A stretch of 57,379 nt of DNA, counting the filler, from Sphacelaria rigidula (Eukaryota): assembly GCA_964200075.2 (NCBI GenBank). It is 7 parts of 7 records of this genome, joined end to end, with 100 filler letters (N's around TTAATTAATTAA, not from the genome) between each part and the next. Parts side by side here need not be neighbours in the genome. Positions count along the whole stretch, not along the records: positions 24,637 to 32,748 come from CAXNAA020012264.1; positions 32,849 to 40,959 come from CAXNAA020012265.1; 5 more parts are not named here. The stretch is one strand, 5' to 3'. Shown here in pieces: positions 24,637 through 36,403 of this stretch. The notes below the pieces were generated by a model. The model had not been told where the DNA came from and did no database searches. It was given only the letters and a program-made list of their open reading frames with translations. Both the position numbers and the translations under genes were made by a program. The stretch's first letter is position 1. Every line of letters starts with the position of its first letter.

Positions 24637-26779
24637 AATCGAAAATCAAATCGGACATCGTTAAGGGCTCGTACAAACATAACGATACAGACTTATGGGA
24701 CAGAGGAAGTAGTATATTACGGTGTTCTCTTCTCCCAATGGTCTTATGACTATGGCATGCATGATCATGAGTACACCCCCCCCCGCGCTGCGTTCATAAT
24801 TTTTGTCTATGGGAATCACAAAGGATCAGATCACACCAAACCGTGCGGGAGCGTCACCTCTTCCCACCACCAGTTGCAAAATTAAATCATTGGACTGCCA
24901 CGGTTGGCCATCTGGGTCGTGCGTTCATTTGCGGCGTAAATGTTACGCCAATGGAACACAAATTGATCGATTGATTGATTGTCTCACATTAGCTGATTGC
25001 AACAATCCAGCCCGTGGTCAGGAGCAGAAAAAATAGAACATAATAATAAAAAGAAAGTAAATGAGAGGAACAGAAAAAGACTGAAGCAACGGCCGCAGAA
25101 AGGAAAGAGCGGGGGCAGCGATAACAACAAAAACAACACCACCACCACCACCACCACCACCAGCAACAACAAACAACAACAACAGCAACAACATAAGGAC
25201 AAGCAAACACAAACACAAGCACGAACAACACAAAAAGACGATGGTTGCGCATTACGTAGCTGATTGCAACACTCCAGCTCGTGATCAGAAGAAGAAAAAA
25301 AAAAGGAAAGAAATGAAAGAAAATGAAGGAAAAGAAATAACCCATCCCGACGGTGGCTGTCGTCTGTACAGATAGACAAAGCCAAGGTACACTGCACAGC
25401 ACAGTACAAAGCAGTACAGTCAAGCGCAGTACAGTACAGTTTTGTCTCCTCTGTGCCTCCCGCTGCATTCCTTCCGTTTGTCTATCGGTATCACAAGTAT
25501 CGGATTACTCCTGTGGAGAGGGTCATCTCGTCCTCCCGCCAGCTGTAAAAGTGACTCTTGATCGCCAAGTGGGGGGGACAACTGCGTCTTGCACTCATTT
25601 TTATCGTCAAATTCTCTGGAGAGGGTCACCTCTACCTCCAACTGGCTCCAAAGTGGAAGCCTTTGACCCCCCGGGTAGGTCATCCGGCTTTCGCATTCAT
25701 TCTTCAAGTGAAACGTATGCTGATTCAACATACGACCGATCCTGGGGTGAGTGACACTTGTCCGTGTGTTACCGAGGTATAAGCTCAAGTCGCATCGGAC
25801 GGAGGCTGCAGGGACGGTACGGCAAACACGGCAATACACCAGACCAAGAGAAAAGCATCATTCAGTCACCATGATGTTGTCTGTTCCAGTACACGTCATG
25901 TTCTTTTACCTTGGGTTCCCTACGCGGCTGTGTACGCAATCGACGGCGCTCTTCTCGACATAATATGTAGGGGTGCATTACATTTGACATACTGACATAC
26001 GCACCCACCAAAACAAAGTTACTTCGACTCAGACCTCTCCTCCGAGGTTTCACCCCCCCCAGTCCCTCCTGTCTGTGCTTATTTTTTACTTACATTAAAT
26101 GGGAATGTCGCGTTGCTCGGGACACTCTATCGAGGGCCCGATTTCCCCGCCCGTTTTCGTCAGCTACGTGCGCGGCTCGAGCGCTGATTTTTACCGCGGG
26201 TGCTCAACACCTGAATGCATCATACAGCAGTGGCGATTTCGGGGAGCGTCCCGCATTCAGCGCAGTAAGCCCGCAAATGCTTTTTTCCAGGTCTAGAGGG
26301 TACGCTTTCAAAGCACTAGGACAAGGCCATTGCTATAGGGGTGGGTGTGGATGGTGTGCAAGAGCATGTAGCGTGTGAACAGGGAGGGCGTCGCCTGAAC
26401 GTGCCACTCATCAGTGAAAGGGGTTGACTATAAAATCAAGTGTACCCGAGTAGAGCATCCCAGGGGGAAAAAATATTCAAAAGATGAGTTGTCTCTGGTC
26501 GGAATGGTATCCTCGAACAGCCCGGACTTTTTGGGGGGCCCGATTAACATCTCTCAACAATAGTAGCAGCTCTTTGTTTTGATATATACTGGGCAAGGCA
26601 AGATAACCCGTCGTCCATTCTGTTCACGTGGTGCACAAGCTTGAAGAATAACACGAAACGATCAGATTGAGTGTGCCAGACTATCATCTCGGCCCGTGTC
26701 TTGTTATATGTCTCTCCTGTCGTCTTACATATTATTGTTTTTTCGTCCGTGTGTACATCTATGAATGGAATTCAATCAG

Positions 26780-26884
26780 GAGCAAGGAGGGACGGATAGT
26801 AAATGTCGCGAGCGGAAGTGGTCACTTAAGCATCCTCAAGAGCGAAACCTTGAGGGACGCCTTCGTGTCTTCCGCCCTCACCAA
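26780..26884 (+). CDS. Carbonyl-reductase-type short-chain dehydrogenase/reductase, internal exon
   Basis: cag|...|gtaag. Encodes SKEGRIVNVASGSGHLSILKSETLRDAFVSSALTK, with the SDR GRIVNVAS motif. Confidence 0.88.
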
Positions 26885-27949
26885 GTAAGAACAATGCATG
26901 GTGAGCTTTCCCGCTCTCACGGAATAGGTGAAGTATTTCAGTATCAAGGACTGCGTTCAGACTGTTGTACGCGAGGAGAGGGAGATTTTCTCAAAAACCA
27001 GCGGAGAACAACCGAGAGGTCGGAAGTCTTTCGTCGAAGACGAGAGCATCGAGCTTTGCCCTGTGTGATGTGGGACGCGACAGAACGAAAGTGAAATGCG
27101 GAGGCAGGGATACCCGACCCTGGCCCACAAGACTTGCTGACTACACTCACGTCAACCGACCTCGGATTAATCATGACAGACCACGCCCGATATTGGCATT
27201 ACGCGAGTCATGAGGGGAACACGAGCATCGGTAGGTACGGGGAACATGGAGGTACCTGGTTTTATCAGCAGCAGCAATTCATCGGAAAATTTCATGCGGC
27301 CGGCGAACACGTACGACAACAGTGACCGTTTTTCGCGAACGGAACAAAGCTTCAGCAAGCGGGTAGACAACGCTACCTCGTACCAACCAACTACACCGTC
27401 AGGTGACAAAAATTGCGCAGGCCGTTCTAGGGTACGGGTACTGGGAGGATGTACACGTCGGCGGTACGTATCGATGGTCACATGTTCTGTTTTGTGATAC
27501 AGTGCATATACACTACATGCTCGTCGTTCGTCATCCGATTGACTCAGTGGGTGGTGTAGTTCAGAGTACTCACCAAGCAGCTGTACTTGCACCACACCAC
27601 AAGCTGCGCACTTCGCTGGACGAACGACCAAACATACTATGGCTGTACTGTAACCACACAGTATGAATATACATGCGATGCTGCTGTTCAGGGCGTATTG
27701 ATGCGTATTTTCGCGTTCCATTTTTTTCTGCTTGTCATCGATATTGAGGGAGGATCCGAGAACATTCGAGCGGTTCCGTCGCGACCACTGAGTCATTCTT
27801 TGATCCTGTAGGGTGTGTGTGATTGCACGGAGCAAGGGGGCGCATGAAAATATTCAAGGCTCCCACACACACACACTTGTGTGAAGGTGGCCCAAAACAA
27901 CTAGACGAAAACGTACGCGGAAACTGGACGAAAAATCGAGCAAGAGGAA

Positions 27950-29645
27950 ATACAGCAACGAAAACCGGAGGGAGAGTAATAGAAAGAGGAGAGTGGATAA
28001 TGATTGGAAAAGAGAGTTGAGAATAGGATCATGAAACATGTGTAGATTTGCCACACACGAGCGCAACAGAATAGAGATAGCCGAACAAGGAAGTAACGGC
28101 GACCTAGATATAATGAAAATCGAGAAGTCATGTAGAGTTAGAGATTACGCATGGATAGGGAAAAAGCGGAAGGGACAGAACACCAAGAATACGGGAGCGG
28201 AGGGAATAGGATTTCAAGTCAAAGAATACCTGTGCGACATCATGAAGGTGGTCGAAGACACAAAACTCGACGAGAGCACATGGATAAGGGTACCAGGAGA
28301 GCGGGGAACGAAGGGCGTTTTTGCAGGGGACATCTATATGCCCCTAGGATCGAAGAGCCCGGCAAACGATATACAGCGGAGGTTCGAAGAGATCGCAGCA
28401 GATGTACAGAGGTGTAAAGGGCAAGGAGAAGTAATGCTTGTGGAAGACTTTCATGCAAGGGTTGAAAAAGTAGGTGAAACGGATGACATCATTGGGCAAT
28501 ACGGGGAAGAGCAGAAGAACATAACTGGGGTAGAGGTGCTGAAATTCCTCAAGAATAACGAGGTGAAGCCGCTGAACGATATAGCACAAAAGCCAAAGGC
28601 GCAATGGTCGTGGGCTGGGAAATGCAAAGGCGAGAGAGGACGCTCTGTTCTCGGCTATATAATAGTAAGAGCATGGAAATAGTGAGGAAATCGAAGTACA
28701 TGGATGCGCAGGAGATGTGGGATTATATATCATCGCGTAATATAGACAGATATCCAACGGACGAGGGCTAGATTAAGTAGGCGGGATAGGAAGTTGTACA
28801 CATGGAGACTATATATATAGACTAGTGTTGAGATATGCATCCTCATGAATGTGCCTGTACCAAAGCTAAAATATGCAGGAGAAGTAACTAAGGGGAACGG
28901 GAAGTTGGTGGAGAAGTTGGAAACAGTACAGATGACGGCTGGTGAGAGAATACTTGGGTGCGCGAAAACGACGACTAATACAACACTGAGAGCAGAGTTG
29001 GGAATGTACCCACTCAGAAGAGAGACATGAGGAAATTGACATGGCAATATAACGTGAGGAACACGCAGGAAAAGATATTGCCAGCCATAGTAGATAGGGC
29101 TGTATGGAAGGAAATTACGAAAGGGCACGCTGGAACAAGGATAAAGAAGTCGAGAAAATTTGAAAGGAGATAGGAGGGAAACAAGACGAGATTATGTCCA
29201 TAGGTGAATGCTGGGGGGAAACAAAAGTAAGAAACATGATAGAAATAAGGGGAAAATAAACGCTTAGACGAAAAATAGACGAGGAAGAGCACCTGGTGAT
29301 ATGCGGCGGGTTGAGAGAGGGGATAGGGATGAAAGCATATCTGCATGGCCCCAAAGATTTCGTGAAAAAAGTAAAACTGCGATTTCAGGTGGGGGACCAA
29401 GGCCTGCCAGAAAGAAGAAAGAGATATACCAGTAGTCGAGAGAAGAAGAAAGTAGATGCACATAATTACCCCCGTGGCAAAGTAATAGAGAGCGGAACTC
29501 ATATTGTTGCAGGATGTGAACTATACAAGGAGCAACGGGACGTGCTAGAGCGGGAAATGTGGAAAGTAACGAATGTGACACGAAATTGTTTAGTGCTTTG
29601 GATAGTAGGAAAAAAACGATGGCGATACTAGGAGATGGGTGATAA
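27950..29645 (+). mobile_element. Decayed LINE: AP-endonuclease domain plus post-RT C-terminus, RT core absent
   Basis: ORF 28038-28682 (WIGKKR..GIGF, IYMP, LVEDFHARV, SVLGYIIV) is a degenerate APE domain. It is followed by PKLKYAGEV..KLETVQ..RILGC...LRAELGMYPL and ESGTHIVAGCELY fragments. Lies in the SDR intron. Ends approximate. Confidence 0.8.
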
Positions 29646-29889
29646 TCTGCTCCATCGCTGAACAAAACGTGCGGATGATTAAGCGTTTGTACAAGGAGTA
29701 GATCCCGTCCTTCACCGTACGACAACGTAGCGGGTAATATTCGCCAGGCGGGACGCATTTTCATACATACATACGTTCGCTCAAGAGGGGGCGTTGTGAT
29801 TGGTTGGTCTCGTTGGCGTGTGATGAAGTACAGGAGTCGGATGGTAGTGAGCAGCAAGTTGAGCCTTGTGGTTGATGCGGTCGTTGATT

Positions 29890-31088
29890 ACACGGGATTT
29901 TACAAATTGGGGATGGATTTGTTATTGGGGATGAGAACCTGGAAAATTCAAATCTTCGTATCCACACCAAATCTCCGAAACATGGTTCCTTTTCTTCACT
30001 TGCTGGTAGCTCTTGACAACTACTACACGCCATACGATTCTAGATTTCGATGGCCGAAATGTTGGGGTTCTAGGGCGAAATCCGATTTGGGGTCCGATCG
30101 GATCACCTAAATTCCCCAAAATCGGTTTGTGAACTAGAAACTCAACACTTGGATCATCTATAGACTTCTGTCACTCAAGATCAGATTGCCATGTGGGCTC
30201 CTCCCATCACGGGCACATGGAGTTTAACAGCATTAGTTATTCACGTATTAAACCTTAGCACATACAGGAGAACAGGGCCATAGCCTCTCCACCAGAGTCG
30301 CAAAATCAGGCTCTCTCGTCATGGAGGTCACCCATCACAGAGCCCGGCAATCAGACCCGCAACTCCACCTACATATGTCCCCAACCTTAGGCATCAGGCA
30401 GTAATTGCGCCGCTTTCTGGAACGCTCACGGGCTCGCCAGCTGTCGATCGACCCCCCGCACCTCACGCACGAGTGATACCACAGCCCGTCCTAGCACTGC
30501 CTCAGAACCTCCTCGGCTCTACCTCTCCAACTCCTCGCGACGTTAACACGCCTTGAGCTGGTCTTCTTTGTTGCGAACTGATCAGGCCTACAGACTTCCT
30601 TACCTTGAAGTTTAAGCTGCTTTTCAGCGGAAGTACCGCCATTAGTGGACTTCGTAAACGTTCATTATAGACTTCTGTCACTCAAGATCAGATTGCCATG
30701 TGGGCTCCTCCCATCATGGGCACATGGAGTTTAGCAGCATTAGTTATTCATGTATTAAACCTTAGCACATACAGGAGAACAGGACCATAGCCTCTCTCCA
30801 CCAGAGTAGCAAAACCAGGCTCTCTCGTCATGGAGGTCACCCATCACAGAGCCCGGCAATCAGACCCGCAACTACACCTAGATATGTCCCCAACCTTAAT
30901 TAACAATGGTGGCTAGAGTCTACATATCGAAGTCCAAATTCGTATGGCGTGTAGTAGTTGTCAATAGCAACCAGTACGTGAAGGAATGAAACCATATTTC
31001 GAACATTTGGTGTGGATACGAAGATTTTAATTCTCCGGGTTCTCATCCCCAATGAAAAATCAATCCCCAATTTGTAAAATCCCGTGTT
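29890..31088. mobile_element. Non-autonomous element bounded by ~160-bp inverted repeats
   Basis: 29890-~30050 (acacgggattttacaaattggggat...) is the reverse complement of ~30925-31088 (...atccccaatttgtaaaatcccgtgt), with scattered mismatches. Confidence 0.75.
30159..30898. repeat. Pair of ~232-bp direct repeats around a ~276-bp core (TRIM-like)
   Basis: 30159-30389 and 30666-30898 align end to end with about 9 differences counted by eye. Confidence 0.8.
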
Positions 31089-31285
31089 TGATGACGTTGT
31101 TGCTGCTGTGTTCTTTGTTGTTGCCGATGCTGATCTCGCTATGCTATGTATTGTCCCTTTATCCTTACTCGGTGAGTGCGTCTTTGTGCCTTCGTGCCTT
31201 CTCCTGTTTCCCTCGAATTTTGGTATTTTTCTGTGTTTGTGGTCTCGTGTGGTGTTATATATATATATATTCTTCTCGGGAGCAG

Positions 31286-31409
31286 AGAGAATCTGTTGGA
31301 TTTGATGAGCAAGTTTGTCCGGAGCGCCAAGGGCGGCACGCACCAGTCTGAGGGCTGGCCCAACACAAACTACGGCATGAGCAAGCTGGGCCTCATCGCC
31401 TACACAAAC
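31286..31409 (+). CDS. Carbonyl-reductase-type SDR, catalytic exon
   Basis: cag|...|gtgag, in phase with the previous exon. Encodes ENLLDLMSKFVRSAKGGTHQSEGWPNTNYGMSKLGLIAYTN, with GWP and catalytic YxxxK as in CBR1-like enzymes. Confidence 0.92.
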
Positions 31410-31815
31410 GTGAGGATACTGTACAAGTGTGACGCGTCAAAAGTTGTCCTCCTCATCATGCTTGCGCCCGAAATCCTAGCAAGCATGCGCTGATATATAC
31501 TGTATGATTAGTTAGGGATTTCGTTTTTCAAAACGCATCAAAGGCACTTGACGTAGAGGTGAAGACATCATGCTCTTTAGAATGTGTGCTGTATAATAGA
31601 CGAAACTTTCATCCATATGTATTCAAGGCATGAAATCGATATCACCCGGTTACCATCTCAAGACGTCTAAGAACATGTGCAGTAATGTATCAACAGGTGC
31701 TTACAACCGTTTGCGCACATAGCTGCTACGAATAATGTACAACATTGTTTTTACTGCTAGAGGACACGACGAGACTTTTATAAACGTTTTCTGTGTGATT
31801 TTTGTGCGTTGTGTG

Positions 31816-31952
31816 CATACCCTGGACAATAGAATACACGGTAAAAAAATGTACTGCGTACAGTATGGAATCTATTGTCTACTGCAATAGACAATAGATT
31901 CCATACTGTACGCAGTACATTTTTTACCGTGTATTCTACTGTCCAGGGTATG
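31816..31952. repeat. Near-perfect 137-nt palindrome/hairpin (pre-miRNA candidate or MITE)
   Basis: Arms cataccctggac...tattgtcta and tagacaata...gtccagggtatg pair over ~65 bp with one mismatch and a one-base bulge. Loop is ctgcaa. Confidence 0.85.
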
Positions 31953-32748
31953 GTTATGTGTGTTTTATGCATATTAGCAGAAGAGGCATGATTGCCAATA
32001 GCCGAAGGGCGCACCACGCTGAATATACCGGGTAAATGTGTGCGTGATCGGGTTGGTTAAGGACACATTGTTGGTCGTCTCTCACATGAACACTTCTGCT
32101 GCGAAATCCGGTTTTTGTTGCAAAGAAGGTAGACGAGGCAACCCAAGGGCAAAAATAAAGCTCGAGTGAAACAGACAGGTTGTGGTAAAGACACGGGGAT
32201 AAACAAGAAACGGTGAATCGATTCAGTCAAGTTGGTTTAGACCAACGCCACCCGGAAAACCCCGAGGCATATCACTCACTCTGACTGACACCACCTAGAG
32301 GAAAACGGGTGGGCGTTTCCATGTTTTATTTTTTCTTCACCATCTGTCCCACTCATGCTGTCAAGGGCTTCCGTTCCTACGTTTTTCGCGTGGGCCGTCG
32401 GCTCTGGAGCTGCTCAATCGTAAGGCCCTTGGCCCTTTGACCGCCAGGTTGGGCAATCTATTGGATCGGCATCATTGGTTACTTGTTTTCAATTGCGAAG
32501 GTTGTTGATTCATCAGATTGCTCAACACTGCACTGCAGGTGGAAAGTCTCATCGTAGCATGGACTCCAACTCCGGGCAGACCGCAAACCTTTGAATGAGG
32601 GGGGTGCAGAGGGTGCCCTACTGTATACAACGTGTATGGTGTGCGGAAACGTTCAAGTCAAGTCGGCGCCGATCTTAACTTTGCACGGTTACGACGAATC
32701 ATCACGACTCAAAATCACCAAATTCACGATTTCTTCGGCCTGATTGCC

Positions 32749-32848
32749 NNNNNNNNNNNNNNNNNNNNNNNNNNNNNNNNNNNNNNNNNNNNTTAATTAA
32801 TTAANNNNNNNNNNNNNNNNNNNNNNNNNNNNNNNNNNNNNNNNNNNN
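32749..32848. other. Artificial contig spacer
   Basis: Same 100-nt structure. Confidence 0.98.
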
Positions 32849-32994
32849 AAAGGGATGCGTGGCCAATTGACAAACAACAAAGGCAAGCAACAAATGAGTA
32901 CCCCCCCCCCCCCCCCTTCTCCCCCCCCTCTTGCGTGCATTTTTCCTTTTTTCCCAAACGTTTTATTTATTTGGCTTCGTAGGTGTTTTCTGGC

Positions 32995-33740
32995 GCGACC
33001 TATTTGCAGGTGGGGTATGCAAATAGGAGTACGCAGGTCGTGAACGCCTCCAGAACAAAATCCACGAAAAAGACAATAAAAACGATTTCAAATCGCAATG
33101 CTACACACACGAAACAACGGTCGGTCGCACTCTACAGCAGTCCACAGCAGGGCAGGCAAGAAAGGATCTTGTCGTAGGGCAGGAGATCACATACGTCGGC
33201 GGCGATGAGCTCTCTACTCGATATTGACAAGTCAACAGACTCGTTGGGTTTTTGGTCAACCAAGCACCACGCGTGCTCGATTGAATGTATGCTCTGAACA
33301 CACCGACTGTATACGCATCAGCTGCTTGCTATCGAGAATACCGCCTGTTGCACTGCTGTTGTACAAGATACCACGCTGTCTGTACACTGTGCCAATGCAC
33401 TGTACTGTGCAGGCTATCGAGGCGGCAGCGCGAGTAGTAGGAGTGTTCCTGTATCGTACTACTTGTCAACCAGACAGAGCACTACACGCCCTGTACGGTA
33501 TAATACTACTGCTGTACTATTGTTGCCTGTTATCCGCTGTACAGAATGTACAGTCCGCACAGCAGACAGCAGACAACATTACCTGTAGTACAATGATGGT
33601 GTGATTTCACAAGTCCGCTCCGCTCCTTGCGTGTAGACGGCCATGTCGTCAGAGCAGTATCCATCAACATGTCATCTGCCTGGGTACACAGTTTTCTCAT
33701 GCATAGGCTGCGGCGGGTGTGAACAGTTGTGGCTACGTAA

Positions 33741-33782
<42 letters not shown>

Positions 33783-34145
33783 CAGGATTACCTTTGAACA
33801 TTCAGCTGATAGCCTGTTGTCCATGACTCTGCAGCATCAACGTTATTCTTGTTCTTTGAGAAATTGCCTCAAAGAGATGCTTAAAAAAAACGAGTCAAAT
33901 GGTTATGCCCGGTAATGTCGAGCAGAGAACTCATCACCGGCTACGTTTGTGGTATCCTGCCCTACTACAAGAAAATTATGTTCTTTGTTACTGCCTAGTT
34001 ACTGCCCTGCTGTGGAGCTGCTGTGGAATACGATTGTTGTTTCGTGTGTTCAGCATGTAAAATTGGGCTTTTTGCGCATTTGGATCTGGAGGTGTTCGCG
34101 CCCTGGTCGCTCTTATTTGCATACCCGGCCTGCAAATAGGTCGGA
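32995..34145. repeat. Long diverged inverted repeat pair (~230-bp arms)
   Basis: ~32995-33228 is the reverse complement of ~33912-34145 (cctatttgcagg..gtatgcaaata, cgaaacaac, ccacagcagggcag, gatgag.tctct.ctcga). Boundaries approximate. Confidence 0.65.
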
Positions 34146-34774
34146 CAATCTTTTCTACACTCTTTGGACTACCAGAGAAAAACATTTTTTTAAAAGAAAA
34201 AAATGTTTAGCTCGAAATTAACCGCTTTCCTGGTCCAACGGTCCGATAGTACGTTTTCAGGTCGGGCGTAGCAGGTGAACAAAAAAAATAGGCAGCAAGT
34301 ACGAAAAAAAGAAAGATGATGCCGTGAATCGAACTCGCGTGTTGAAATTCAAACGCACAGAAACGATATTCCATCTTCAACCAAATTGACATTGTATTTC
34401 GAATCGGAGTGATTCTTGCTCAAGCATGATAAATGTTAAGGGTTCTTCTGTCTTTTTGATTGTCTCTCCTCAGAGTTCTTGAGCGTAGAAGTTATGTGGG
34501 CAAAGGAATGAATATCGACAAAAAATGACGAGCTTTGGAAGTGCTGATAGTCACAATTCAATCATCGAAAGTGCATTGCCGTGCAAGGACTGAAAGAGAT
34601 GGGTTGACCTCTTGAGACGACCGATTCATCCCGAGGAAAGGAAGGGGGTAAAAAGTATGACGATACGAGCTGGTTCATGCTCATCACCCAAGAAACACTC
34701 ATCAGCAAACCTCCAAACATGGGACGAGTTATTACTCGTCGAAACGGGTGCACTCGTCGATGTTTTTTGTAAGC

Positions 34775-34960
34775 ACAACGAGCATGACTCGTGTGCTCGA
34801 GTCATTACTTCTTTTTACAACGAGCAATGACTCGTGTGCTCGAGTCATTACTTTTTTTCCGCAACGAGCAATGACTCGAGTGCTCGCCCTATTATTATTT
34901 CTTTCCGCAACGAGCAATGACTCGAGTGCTCGCCCTAGTAATATTTACGGCCAACGAGCA
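34775..34960. repeat. ~45-bp tandem repeat with palindromic units
   Basis: caacgagcaatgactcg(t/a)gtgctcg four times. The first two units contain atgactcg-N6-cgagtcat. Confidence 0.75.
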
Positions 34961-35038
34961 GCCCAACGAGTGCGAGTGCCACGAGTCACGCTCGTGCTCG
35001 GCCGACGTGTAAAAACCTCACGCTGCTTCAAGTAGTTA

Positions 35039-35270
35039 GACCCTGAACTTTTGCACGCATGTTGTGTGGGTCATTACGCAACTTTCGATGATCAAGTTGT
35101 TGTTTTTATCAACTTTTTGGCTTTCTTCACCGTTTTCCGGGGGTCCCAGTTTTTTCGGGGAAACTTCGATACAGTCGGACCCCCGTGAAACGGCAAAAAA
35201 AACTCATGAAACCTCGTTTATCCAAAGTTGCGCAATGACCCATAACGCAGCTGTGCTAAATTTCAGGGTC
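35039..35270. mobile_element. TA-flanked MITE with ~55-bp imperfect TIRs
   Basis: TA-gaccctgaa...gggtcattacgcaacttt / aaagttgcgcaatgaccc...ttcagggtc-TA. Confidence 0.72.
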
Positions 35271-35929
35271 TAAGTCCTTCAAACGGCGTGAGGTTTTTCG
35301 AGTTTGTGCGATGAACCTTACCGTGCCACGGTGAAACCGCAAACTACTTGATTCTAGTACGAAAATGGCGCATTGGGCCTTCTGTGACGTGAACATGAAC
35401 ATTCAAGTATCAGTTCATCGATTTTTGCCACGAAAAATTGGGGATCCCTTCCTTGGATCATGCAACGACAGCTCGTTCGCGAAAACGTGAAAAAAAATCG
35501 CAGTGCTGGTTTTCCGAGGTCCCAGAATGGAGACTACTTCGAGAAACCGACTTGGATCTCTCCGGACCCCCATAAAACGGTAATAAAACCGAAATGTAGA
35601 AAGAGCTCGTCCATCGAAACTTGTGTAGTGATCCATAGCATATTTGTGCAAATTTTCAGCGTCAAAATCCTACTAACTGCGTGAGGGTTTGCGTGTTTGT
35701 GCGAGGACGTAGGCTTGCAACGTGCCACTCCTAACTACTTGGGTTAAGTATAAAAACTTTTTTTTTGGTGAATTTCACGTCGAGGCACGAAAAACTAAAC
35801 CAGTATGGTGTTTTCAAATTTCTCGACTAAACTTTGTACATGTGTTCCATGCACTATCCCGGGATGCATCGTCTTATTTTTTTTTCTATTGAAGCATTCT
35901 GCACCGCCTTCCGGGGGTCTATATACTAA

Positions 35930-36403
35930 TAAGGGAGCGGAAGAGTTTGAGGCCACGTGGCGACGCGCGGACAAGCGAGAATCAGACCGCCGTCACAAGC
36001 GAGAGGCTGCTGCGTCGAGGGCTGCCAATCGGAGAATCCTGTGTGCTCATATCGGTTGTTGATTATGTTCTTAGTCGGTGGCTCTGCGGTGCCCACTGGT
36101 GTGTATCTGTATCTAGTCTGCTGCCCTGGATTGGATGCCTTGGGCCTTTTCCTTTTTTTCGTCGTTTTTTTGTATTCTATTTTATTCGCTCTTGACTTTC
36201 CCCTTCTTTTCCCTTTTTTTCGTTTTTAGGTCGGCCATTTCTTTCTGTGCTTTGCTTGTGTTGACTTTTCAAAAGAAAATTGTTACGACTTGGTCTGTTT
36301 TGTCGTTCTGTTCGACTTTTTCTTTGGTACGTCCATCATGAGACCACGGCTGGACCCCTGGGGGTTGAGTCAAACTGCGACAATCAATTGATCGATTAAT
36401 CAA
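35930..36403 (+). mobile_element. 5'-truncated LINE 3' end with (AATC)n-type tail
   Basis: ORF tail GAEEFEATWRRADKRESDRRHKREAAA, T-rich UTR, then catcatgagaccacggctgga...tgcgacaatcaattgatc. The same terminus recurs many times in the window. Confidence 0.6.

Noticed and set aside
34775-34960. CRISPR-like array of palindromic repeats
   Set aside because: Spacers are short, T-rich and similar to each other, there are no cas genes, and the context is eukaryotic.
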